Assembly (NCBI GenBank): GCA_964583285.1
Contig: CAZOVD010000003.1
Coordinates: 1 to 62,379, forward strand
Direction: 5' to 3'
Length of the DNA: 62,379 nucleotides
Source of the DNA: an uncultured archaeon
GTDB taxonomy: Archaea; Iainarchaeota; Iainarchaeia; Iainarchaeales; JAAZKV01
The notes below the pieces were generated by a model. The model was not told the DNA's origin, ran no database searches, and saw only the letters and a program-made list of their open reading frames with translations. The position numbers and the translations under genes are program-made. Positions 36,392 through 44,117 of this stretch are shown here, in pieces; position 1 is the stretch's first letter, and each line of letters begins with the position of its first letter.

Positions 36392-37503
36392 TCTAAGTAA
36401 ACACCTTCCTTTGAAATATTTGCGTTTATTAAGTATATATTATTTATTTTCCATTCTTTTTCAATTAATTTTTTTGTTTCTTTATTAAAACTAATAGCAA
36501 TCCCACAATCTCCTCCCCCTGCCCCAGAAAATTTTCCAGCCCCGCCAAACTTTTCTGCAATGTTAGAAAGTAGTGTTAGTTCAGCAGTTTCTAAATTATT
36601 ATTACTTTTGTCATTTAGTTCTTTTAAAAATATTCTATTTTTTTTAAGCAAGTCAATTATTAATTCTTGATTTCCTAATCTAATAGCATAAATTAACTTC
36701 GTAGTTATATTTTTTATTTCATTTATTAAATTATTATAATCTACTAAATTTTTTTCTTTAAATTCTTGTATTTTTAAAACTAATTCTTTTGTTGATGCAC
36801 TATAGCCAACAAAACCAATACTTAAAAAAAAATCTTTTGGTAAATCTATTTTTTCTACTTTAAAATATGGCCAATTCATTTCAACTATTTCTTTTATTAA
36901 AAAAGTTTCATTTAATTTTTTGGTTATAACTTCCATGTCTGGTTTTTGATAAACTATAACTCCGCCATAAGTAGAAGCTGCAACATCAAAGCTACTTCCA
37001 AGTTTTCCTTGTGCAAAATAATGTGCAATACAACCTAACTTATAAATTATTTCTTTTGATTTGTTTGATTCTATTTCAAAGTTATGAATTTTGAGTACTG
37101 CTGCAACAGTTGCAGTAACTATTGCTGCACTTGAACCAAACCCAACTTTTGCTTTTTTATTTTCACCAATATCAATTTGAGTGTCACTTGAATTTGTTTT
37201 AATTGAAAAATTTCTTACTTTTATATTGTTTTCAGTCAGATATAATAATGTTGTTTCAACTGATTTTGTTACAAATAAATAAAATGCCTTTTCATTTTCA
37301 CTCCCAAATGTTTCTAATTTATTATTTTTAAAAACAGCTTTTAATTTTAAATCATTAGAACTTGTAGAAAAATTTATTTCTCCATTTTCTTTTATTTCTA
37401 CACTTACTTTTTGGTCAATTGCCATTACAATGCATGGCACATCATTTTCAAGAACACTCCATTCTCCTGAAAGCATTAACTTTCCAGGCGCACTAATTTT
37501 CAT
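36388..37503 (-). CDS. mvaK2: phosphomevalonate kinase (ERG8/bacterial mvaK2 type)
   Basis: APGKLMLSGEWSVLE, GHMP motif GFGSSAAIVTA, and SGAGGGDCGIA near the C-terminus. ATG 37503 has GGAG upstream. Confidence 0.85.
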   Translation of the reverse strand: MKISAPGKLMLSGEWSVLENDVPCIVMAIDQKVSVEIKENGEINFSTSSNDLKLKAVFKNNKLETFGSENEKAFYLFVTKSVETTLLYLTENNIKVRNFSIKTNSSDTQIDIGENKKAKVGFGSSAAIVTATVAAVLKIHNFEIESNKSKEIIYKLGCIAHYFAQGKLGSSFDVAASTYGGVIVYQKPDMEVITKKLNETFLIKEIVEMNWPYFKVEKIDLPKDFFLSIGFVGYSASTKELVLKIQEFKEKNLVDYNNLINEIKNITTKLIYAIRLGNQELIIDLLKKNRIFLKELNDKSNNNLETAELTLLSNIAEKFGGAGKFSGAGGGDCGIAISFNKETKKLIEKEWKINNIYLINANISKEGVYLE

Positions 37504-37517
37504 ATAAACTATCTCCT

Positions 37518-38000
37518 TCAAATAATTTTTTTTCTTGATTTTCTAATATTGCTAATTATTTTTTTTCTTATTAATTTTAACCCCTTCTTTTGAGAATAAC
37601 CTTTTTTTATTTCTCTTCCTAATAATCCTCTTTTTTTTAATTGTTTTACTCTATTATTCATAATATCCGTTGAATGTTTTATTTTAAAATCAGGATATTT
37701 TATTCTTGTAGCAAGTAAAAATTTTCTTTCAAGGAGCGTAGCAAGTCCAATATTTCTTGCGTTTGTTCCTAAATTTACTATTGGTTCATATAAAGACCAT
37801 TCTAGTTTTTTTTCTTCTTTATTCACTTTTATTTCCATTCTGCCAACTGGATCTCCATAAGCGAATTTTTTAAGCAATTCATTTATTTTTTCACTGGTAA
37901 CAAAGTTATTTGTATTCTTTTGACCATAAGCAGTATTTAAATTAGCAACAAAATTTTGGCCTCTTTCTAAAAAGGTTATTTTTATTCCTTTATTTTCCAT
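37518..38000 (-). CDS. small protein with a GNAT-like core and a Lys/Arg-rich tail (160 aa)
   Basis: ATG 38000 lies 5 nt after the MDD stop (TGAtttttATG). VGRMEIKV...ARNIGLATLLERKFLLA...NRVKQLKKRGLLG aligns in pattern with ORF 35924-36391. Confidence 0.4.
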   Translation of the reverse strand: MENKGIKITFLERGQNFVANLNTAYGQKNTNNFVTSEKINELLKKFAYGDPVGRMEIKVNKEEKKLEWSLYEPIVNLGTNARNIGLATLLERKFLLATRIKYPDFKIKHSTDIMNNRVKQLKKRGLLGREIKKGYSQKKGLKLIRKKIISNIRKSRKKII

Positions 38001-38005
38001 AAAAA

Positions 38006-38995
38006 TCAAAATAAATGTTTATCTACGATTCTTGGGCCTGTCCCTGGTTTACATTCAATTATTTCATTTACGCCAATGCTATTTAATTCTTTTTTTAAAA
38101 ATTCAACATCTTTTTGTTGACAAATTATCTTTGCTTGTGGGCCGCCATCAATTGTGAAATAAGCTTCAATACCTTGATCTTGTAATTCTAAAATTTTATG
38201 AATTACTTCAATAGTGCCTGCTTGCCAATAAAATATACTTGGTCTTGTTGTCATTGCACACGCATGCATTAAAATACAGTTATCTTGTGCAAGTCTTCCA
38301 AGTTCTTTAAAATTTTTTTCTTTTATTAATTCAACCATTTTTTTTGCGTCTTTTTCTGCTTCTTGATACCATGTCTTAAAAATTGGCGAAGTTTCTACAC
38401 TTTGTTTCATACCTGCTCTTGACTTTACTTTTTTTTGTTTTTTTGATATTACACAACCAAGTATTCTAAATTCTGGCCAATGTTCTTTTGGTTTTATTTG
38501 CTCTGCAAAACTACTTTCGCTTGTTTCTCCACTATGCCATATTGCAAACCCATCAATTAAACTTCTAGAAGCACTTCCACTACCCATTCTTGCTAAAATA
38601 CTTAGTTCTTTTGTTGAAAGATTAAGTCCAATAGCTTTACTTGCAGCAAAAGTTAGTGCGGCAAGCCCTGATGCGCTTGAGGCAAAACCAGCAGCAGTAG
38701 GAAAATTATTTTCACTAACTGTTTTTGCTTTTGTATTAATATTAGCTTTTTTTCTAATAATATTTAATTGTTCTACTACTTCATCATATTCAGCTTGTCC
38801 TTTAAAATATTCTTTTTTATCAAGAATAAAAATATCTTCTTTGTATTTATCACTAAACTCAACAGTTGTTGTTGTTTCTAAACCTTCAAGAGTAACACTA
38901 GTATTTGAATTCCAAGGGGTTTTAAGTCCATCATTTTTTTTGCCCCAATATTTTGTTAATGCAATATTAGCATTTGCTTTTACTGTTACTTTCAT
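38006..38995 (-). CDS. mvaD: diphosphomevalonate decarboxylase
   Basis: ANANIALTKYWGKKN, GFASSASG, GSGSASRS, TIDGGPQ. ATG 38995 follows GGGTGAT, which contains the MVK stop codon. Confidence 0.85.
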   Translation of the reverse strand: MKVTVKANANIALTKYWGKKNDGLKTPWNSNTSVTLEGLETTTTVEFSDKYKEDIFILDKKEYFKGQAEYDEVVEQLNIIRKKANINTKAKTVSENNFPTAAGFASSASGLAALTFAASKAIGLNLSTKELSILARMGSGSASRSLIDGFAIWHSGETSESSFAEQIKPKEHWPEFRILGCVISKKQKKVKSRAGMKQSVETSPIFKTWYQEAEKDAKKMVELIKEKNFKELGRLAQDNCILMHACAMTTRPSIFYWQAGTIEVIHKILELQDQGIEAYFTIDGGPQAKIICQQKDVEFLKKELNSIGVNEIIECKPGTGPRIVDKHLF

Positions 38996-38999
38996 AAAA

Positions 39000-39935
39000 T
39001 CACCCAATTGTTGTTAATGTAACTTCATAGCCTGCCTTTTTTATTTTTTTTGCTACAGCTTCTTGAAGTTCTTTTGTAGGGGTTAGTGCAATTACACTAC
39101 CGCCCCTGCCCGTCCCAGTTAGTTTGGCACTTATTGCACCAGCTTTTTTTGCATCATCAATAATATTTTCAAGTAAGTCACTTGAAACATTTATTTTTCT
39201 TAAAAGTTCTTGATTCTTTTCCATCAATTCTGCAATTTTTTCTATATTAAAATTAGCAATTGCAATTTTCGCTTCTTGAACAATTTTTTCATACTCATTC
39301 AAAATTTTTGCAAATTCTTCTTCATCTGCTTCTTTTAATTTTCTTACATCATCAACTACTTCTTTTGTAAGCGCTGCTTTACCAGAATTTATTAAAACTA
39401 TTTCTAGAGGTTTTTTTATTTTAAGCGACTCAATTTTGTTTTCTTTGCCACTTAAATTTTTTTGAAAAATTAAGAATCCGCCATATGCTGCGCAAGTATT
39501 GTCTATTCCACTAGGCGTTCCGCTTCCTGCAGTTTCTCCAGCATATGCTGCGTTATTTATTTCTTCCTTACTTAAATTCAAATTAAATTCTTCACTTATT
39601 GCTTCACTTATTGCTACGGCCGCAGCAGCACTTGCTCCAACACCACTAGCGGGAACTAAATCTCCACTAAGTGTTATTTTAACTTTTTCCTTTATATTTA
39701 AATAATTTAAAATTGCTTTTATTATATTATCATATTCTTCTTTTTTCTTTATTTTATAATCGCCATTATCTGGCCTATTATCAATTAATTCATATTCAAA
39801 GGGTTTGTTTTTTTCTAAAATTTCAACTTCGCAAATAGTTTTTTGACCCAAAGCACAAGGTATTCCTGGTAAACCATATACTACAAAATGTTCTCCAAAT
39901 AGGATTGTTTTTCCAAATCCACTGCCTTTTCCCAT
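39000..39935 (-). CDS. mvk: mevalonate kinase
   Basis: GKTILFGEHFVVYG, GVGASAAAAVA, TPSGIDN, KLTGTGRGGSVIAL. ATG 39935 follows GGTGA-AACAA. Confidence 0.9.
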   Translation of the reverse strand: MGKGSGFGKTILFGEHFVVYGLPGIPCALGQKTICEVEILEKNKPFEYELIDNRPDNGDYKIKKKEEYDNIIKAILNYLNIKEKVKITLSGDLVPASGVGASAAAAVAISEAISEEFNLNLSKEEINNAAYAGETAGSGTPSGIDNTCAAYGGFLIFQKNLSGKENKIESLKIKKPLEIVLINSGKAALTKEVVDDVRKLKEADEEEFAKILNEYEKIVQEAKIAIANFNIEKIAELMEKNQELLRKINVSSDLLENIIDDAKKAGAISAKLTGTGRGGSVIALTPTKELQEAVAKKIKKAGYEVTLTTIG

Positions 39936-40023
39936 TTGTTTCACCAAAAATATAATAAGATTGAATTAAATAATGTTTTTAATTACTTTGAATTAAAAAT
40001 AAAGATAAATTTTGTTTAAATAG

Positions 40024-40422
40024 TTAAAATTTTAAAATAAATTTTGTTCCATAATGGATTGCGCCCTTCTCTCCACTTTTATAAAATTTTCTAAAAACAG
40101 CTTCAACCTTAGCTCCAACTTTTAAATCTTCAAATTTACAATCAACTACTTGTCCAGTAATTCTTGCACCATCTTCAAGATCAATTATTGCAACAAGATA
40201 GGGTGCTTGGCTTTCAAATGCAGTTGGACCAGAATGAATTTGCGTGAATGATACTATACTGCCTTTTCCATTTGATTCAAATTCACTAAATTCAAGTGAC
40301 CCACAAACACACATTCCTTTTCTTTCAAAATAAACTTTATCACAATTAACACATTTATATGATGTTAATCTGTAACGATCTGAATAATTCCTCCATCTTA
40401 TTATTGGACTATCACGAAACAT
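40024..40422 (-). CDS. DUF35 OB-fold/zinc-ribbon protein (thiolase/HMG-CoA synthase complex partner)
   Basis: Zinc ribbon (CVNCDKVYFERKGMCVCG) plus an OB-fold. 132 aa, downstream of the thiolase. Confidence 0.8.
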   Translation of the reverse strand: MFRDSPIIRWRNYSDRYRLTSYKCVNCDKVYFERKGMCVCGSLEFSEFESNGKGSIVSFTQIHSGPTAFESQAPYLVAIIDLEDGARITGQVVDCKFEDLKVGAKVEAVFRKFYKSGEKGAIHYGTKFILKF

Positions 40423-40575
40423 TTTATCTCACTTTCCTAAAAACATGAACTACTGCAGTTGCTCCACTTGCACTTTTTGTCGCTGATGCGTCAAAACCTG
40501 CACTAAAAATGCTACGCAATAAAATCATTTTATCTCACTTTCCTAAAAACATGAACTACTGCAGTTGCTCCACTT
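40420..40575. repeat. 50-bp perfect direct repeat (40420-40469 and 40526-40575) with a 56-bp unique spacer
   Basis: cattttatctcactttcctaaaaacatgaactactgcagttgctccactt occurs twice with a 106-bp period. Confidence 0.9.
40424..40528 (-). pseudogene. 34-codon stub ORF ending with the thiolase C-terminus (MILLRSIFSAGFDASATKSASGATAVVHVFRKVR)
   Basis: Its last 14 codons, stop and downstream TAAAATG junction are nucleotide-identical to the 3' end of the intact thiolase gene. It carries the same RBS context as DUF35. Confidence 0.6.
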
Positions 40576-41687
40576 CCACCAACATTATGTGTTATCCCAA
40601 CTTCTGCATTTTTTACTTGTCTTTTATTTGCTTCTCCGCGTAGTTGCATTGTTGCTTCTATTGCTTGTTTTACTCCAGTTGCTCCAACTGGGTGTCCACA
40701 TGCTTTAAGTCCACCACTAGTATTTACTGGGTGTTTACTATCAAAATAAGTTTCTTTATTTTCATATAATTTATACGCTTCTCCTTTTTTTGCAATTCCA
40801 AGTGCTTCTGTAGCCATTATTTCTGCAATTGTAAAACAATCATGTACTTCTGCAAAATCAATGTGTTGTGCAGTTATTCCTGCTTGAGAATATGCTACTT
40901 CGGCCGCTTTTTTTCCAGCAGGTATTTCATATAAACTTTTTCTTCTTGCAAGTGACAAAGTATCATTTGCAAGACCTGAACCAGTAATAAAAACATCAGT
41001 TCCAAGTTTTTTTGAAACTTTTTCGCTTGCAAGTATTATTGTCGCACTTCCATCAGTTATTGGAGAGCAATCAAAAAGTGTTAATGGATTTGCAACCATT
41101 GTTGCATTTTTTACTGTGTCAATTGTTATTTCATTTTTGAATTGACAATAAGAGTTTCTTGCTCCGTGAAAGTGATTTTTTACTGCTACTTCTGCTAAAA
41201 GGTCTCTTGTTAATTTTGGAAATTCAAACATGTAAGCATTTGCCATTAATGCATAAAGTCCTGGAAAAGTTAAACCATTAAATCCCTCAAGTTCTTCATC
41301 CCCAGCACCCATCAGTGCAGTTGTTACTGCGCCAGTATCAACGTCAGTCATTTTTTCTATACCATTAACCATTGCAATATCTACTTGGCCTGCTTCTATT
41401 GCATGAACCGCTTGGCGTATTGCAAGACCCCCGCTAGCACAAGCACCTTCAACTCTTATACTTGGTTTATCTAAATTTAAATTTTCTGCAGCCATTGCAC
41501 CTAAGTGAAGTTGTCCACTAAGTGGCCCGCTTGCCATATTTCCAGTATAAATCGCATCAATTTGTTCTGGTGCGATTTTTGCATCATTAAGCGCATTAAG
41601 TTGTGACTCAAGGAGTAATTCTCTTAATCCTTTATTCCAAATTTCTCCAAATTGAGTTATTCCTATGCCAAGAATACCAACTTTCAT
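40530..41687 (-). CDS. acetyl-CoA C-acetyltransferase (archaeal-type thiolase)
   Basis: Active-site Cys region (VEGACASGG) and C-terminal GHPVGATG...NVGGSG. Length is 385 aa. Confidence 0.9.
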   Translation of the reverse strand: MKVGILGIGITQFGEIWNKGLRELLLESQLNALNDAKIAPEQIDAIYTGNMASGPLSGQLHLGAMAAENLNLDKPSIRVEGACASGGLAIRQAVHAIEAGQVDIAMVNGIEKMTDVDTGAVTTALMGAGDEELEGFNGLTFPGLYALMANAYMFEFPKLTRDLLAEVAVKNHFHGARNSYCQFKNEITIDTVKNATMVANPLTLFDCSPITDGSATIILASEKVSKKLGTDVFITGSGLANDTLSLARRKSLYEIPAGKKAAEVAYSQAGITAQHIDFAEVHDCFTIAEIMATEALGIAKKGEAYKLYENKETYFDSKHPVNTSGGLKACGHPVGATGVKQAIEATMQLRGEANKRQVKNAEVGITHNVGGSGATAVVHVFRKVR

Positions 41688-41797
41688 AATATCAACTCCG
41701 CTCTATCGATCCCAAAGGCGAAGATAGTGCTTTTGCCAACCTTAACAAGGTTGTCTTCGAACTGCGTAATGCCAATTCCTAAAACTCCAACTTTCAT
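41684..41797 (-). pseudogene. 37-codon stub ORF beginning with a thiolase N-terminus (MKVGVLGIGITQFEDNLVKVGKSTIFAFGIDRAELIL)
   Basis: The first 13 codons give 12/13 aa and 28/39 nt identity to the intact thiolase start, and most differences are synonymous. Its TGA overlaps the thiolase ATG (ATGA). Confidence 0.55.
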
Positions 41798-41802
41798 AAA
41801 AA

Positions 41803-42072
41803 TCAATTATTTCCTTTTTTCTTTTTTCCAAATCCTTTTATTCCATCATAACCCTTTGCAAATTTTGGATTATAACCTACCTTTGTGCCACTATCCCTAA
41901 CTTCCATTTGAAGTTTGTATTCTGGTCTTATTTTTGACATTTCAATTAATCTTTTTTCCATTGCTGCAACTTTACTCGCATCAACCATTCCACTTTTAGA
42001 ACCCTTAAATCCACCAACTTCAACTCTTGCAACAACATGTTTTTGTCTGTTTCTTCTTATAGGCCCAACCAT
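41803..42072 (-). CDS. hypothetical basic protein (89 aa) between HMG-CoA synthase and thiolase
   Basis: AAAGGTGA sits 5 nt upstream of ATG 42072. Translation begins MVGPIRRNRQKHVVARVEVGGFKG and ends GFGKKKKGNN. No motif recognised. Confidence 0.55.
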   Translation of the reverse strand: MVGPIRRNRQKHVVARVEVGGFKGSKSGMVDASKVAAMEKRLIEMSKIRPEYKLQMEVRDSGTKVGYNPKFAKGYDGIKGFGKKKKGNN

Positions 42073-42083
42073 AAAATTCACCT

Positions 42084-43121
42084 TTAGTGTATCTCTTCCA
42101 TGTGTTTTAAATATTTTGCATATGAAATGTATTCTTTTCTTTCTATATAATCATTAACTGTTTTTGCTTTATTTTGAACTTCTTCAATTTTTTTTGTTGT
42201 TGTTAAAATAAATGCGTCACTACCACTACCACTTCCATAACTAACACAAAGAATTTTTTGATTTGCTTTTGCAATATCAAGCACTGCTGCAAGACCAAGA
42301 AGTGAACTTCCTGAGTAAGTATTTCCAATTTTTTTTACTACAAGGCCAGGCGCAAGTTGTTCTTTTGTTACTCCAAATTGTTTTCCAACTCTCTCAGGGA
42401 ATTTTCCATTTGGCATGTGAAAAACAACATAAGAAAATTCATCTATTTTCATATTACTTTTTTCAAGTATTAATTTTGTTGCACCACTCACGTGTTTAAA
42501 GTAAGCAGGGTCTCCAGTAAATCTTCCTGCGTGTGCTGGGTAAGGTTGTAATGCGCGTCTCCAAAAATCAGGAGTATCACTAGTATAAGATAAAGTGTAA
42601 TCAATTGTTGCTACTGATTCAGAATTATTTCCAATAATAAATGCTGCTCCGCCAGCTGCTGCACTATATTCAAGTGCGTTGCCTGGTTCTGCTTGAGAAG
42701 TATCTGCTCCAATTGAAAGACCATATTTTATCATTTTTGAATCAACTAACCCTGCATTAATTTGTATTGTAGCACTTCCTGCTTTACAAGCAAATTCAGT
42801 GTCTACTGCCATGTAATTATTTCCTATATTAAGCGCTTCAGCAACTATACTACTTGACGGTTTTACTGCATAAGGGTGAGATTCACTTCCAATATAAACT
42901 GCCCCAATTTCTCTTTTGTTTATGCCAGCTCTTGCCAGTGCATTTCTTGCTGCCATTGTTGAAATAGTAACTGTATCTTCATCTTTACCAGGAACTGATT
43001 TTTCAGTTAGTCCTAATCCTGCTTTAATTGCATTAGCATCAGCATTTTGTACTTGCGCAATACTTTCCGCAGTTATTCTATATTTTGGGATATATGCTCC
43101 AAAGCCAACGATTCCTGCCAT
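42084..43121 (-). CDS. hydroxymethylglutaryl-CoA synthase (archaeal type)
   Basis: Thiolase-fold condensing enzyme with FACKAGS (catalytic Cys), HMPNGKF and NTYSGS. ATG 43121 gives MAGIVGFGAYIP. Confidence 0.9.
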   Translation of the reverse strand: MAGIVGFGAYIPKYRITAESIAQVQNADANAIKAGLGLTEKSVPGKDEDTVTISTMAARNALARAGINKREIGAVYIGSESHPYAVKPSSSIVAEALNIGNNYMAVDTEFACKAGSATIQINAGLVDSKMIKYGLSIGADTSQAEPGNALEYSAAAGGAAFIIGNNSESVATIDYTLSYTSDTPDFWRRALQPYPAHAGRFTGDPAYFKHVSGATKLILEKSNMKIDEFSYVVFHMPNGKFPERVGKQFGVTKEQLAPGLVVKKIGNTYSGSSLLGLAAVLDIAKANQKILCVSYGSGSGSDAFILTTTKKIEEVQNKAKTVNDYIERKEYISYAKYLKHMEEIH

Positions 43122-43286
43122 TTTAACACACACTATTTTATTTTTATTAAATTAATTAAAAAAAATTTGTTTAATTTTTCTATATTTAGATTAAAATCTA
43201 ACTCTATATAAACCTTTCTTTACGCCGAAATAGATTTCGTCACTTGCCGAAAGAAGTATTTTATTCTTAAACAAAGTATATTATTT

Positions 43287-44117
43287 ATGCCTTTAAAAAA
43301 ACAAGTTAGAAGAAACACTACAAAAAAAAGAAGAAAATTTTCAAATCAATCTCGTTTAATGGCGGACGCAAGAATGCTTTCAAAAGGAATTAATACTTTA
43401 TACCAAGGAAAAATTGAAACTAACCCAAGTGAAAGATATGGTGCTAACGAAAGCCAAGTAGTATTAAAGAGAAGTTTAAAATCACAATTAAGATGTAAAA
43501 TTTCTAGTGCAATAGAAACTTCAAAAATCACAAAAAATCCATTAAAAATTATTAGTGCATTTATTAGAGAACAAAATATTGGAGAATATAGAAATGGGCC
43601 GGTAGCTGAAGAAGGTTATGAAAAAAGAGATAATGGTAGAATTAGAATTACAAAAAAAAAAGGAACATATTACAAAAATCGTAAAAAATATAGAGCTGCT
43701 TTAATGCATGAATTTTTTCATTCAACTCACATACCACCTAATGATGTCGGTGCACATGCATTTGAAAATTATCTTGAAAATAAATTAAATAAATCAAAAT
43801 TAAAAAGAACTTCTCAAGACATTGTTAATAGAGCAATTGCTCTTGAAATATTATTAAAAAAACTTAATGAAATGAAACTTGGAGAGTATGAAACAAAAAA
43901 CAAGATGTCTCCAGCAAAAGTTGGAGAAGAACTTGGAATTATTGCTAATGATATAGAACTTCAAACAGGAAAAAGAGGATCAGGGTTATTTTTTTTAAAA
44001 GAGATATTAATTGGAAAAAGCGCAACACACACTATTTCAAGAATTTCTAAAAATGAATTTGACAAAGAAATAAGAGCATGGCTTAAAATGAATCCAAGAC
44101 TTGCGAGGTTATTATAA
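43287..44117 (+). CDS. hypothetical basic protein with an HExxH motif (LMHEFFHSTH)
   Basis: 276-aa ORF with a Lys/Arg-rich N-terminus and an HEFFH motif at about residue 150. Its stop overlaps the next gene's ATG. Confidence 0.5.
   Translation: MPLKKQVRRNTTKKRRKFSNQSRLMADARMLSKGINTLYQGKIETNPSERYGANESQVVLKRSLKSQLRCKISSAIETSKITKNPLKIISAFIREQNIGEYRNGPVAEEGYEKRDNGRIRITKKKGTYYKNRKKYRAALMHEFFHSTHIPPNDVGAHAFENYLENKLNKSKLKRTSQDIVNRAIALEILLKKLNEMKLGEYETKNKMSPAKVGEELGIIANDIELQTGKRGSGLFFLKEILIGKSATHTISRISKNEFDKEIRAWLKMNPRLARLL

Noticed and set aside
40420-40575. Diversity-generating retroelement (TR/VR pair), considered because DGRs are known in DPANN archaea
   Set aside because: The repeats are short (50 bp) and perfectly identical, with no adenine-specific mismatches. 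No reverse transcriptase gene is present in the window.
41684-41797. tRNA-like or structured RNA in the GC-richer segment upstream of the thiolase (a TTCGAA T-loop-like motif and two hairpins)
   Set aside because: No flanking T-stem complementarity and no acceptor or anticodon arm could be built. The segment is better explained as a thiolase 5' remnant, given the 12/13 aa match.
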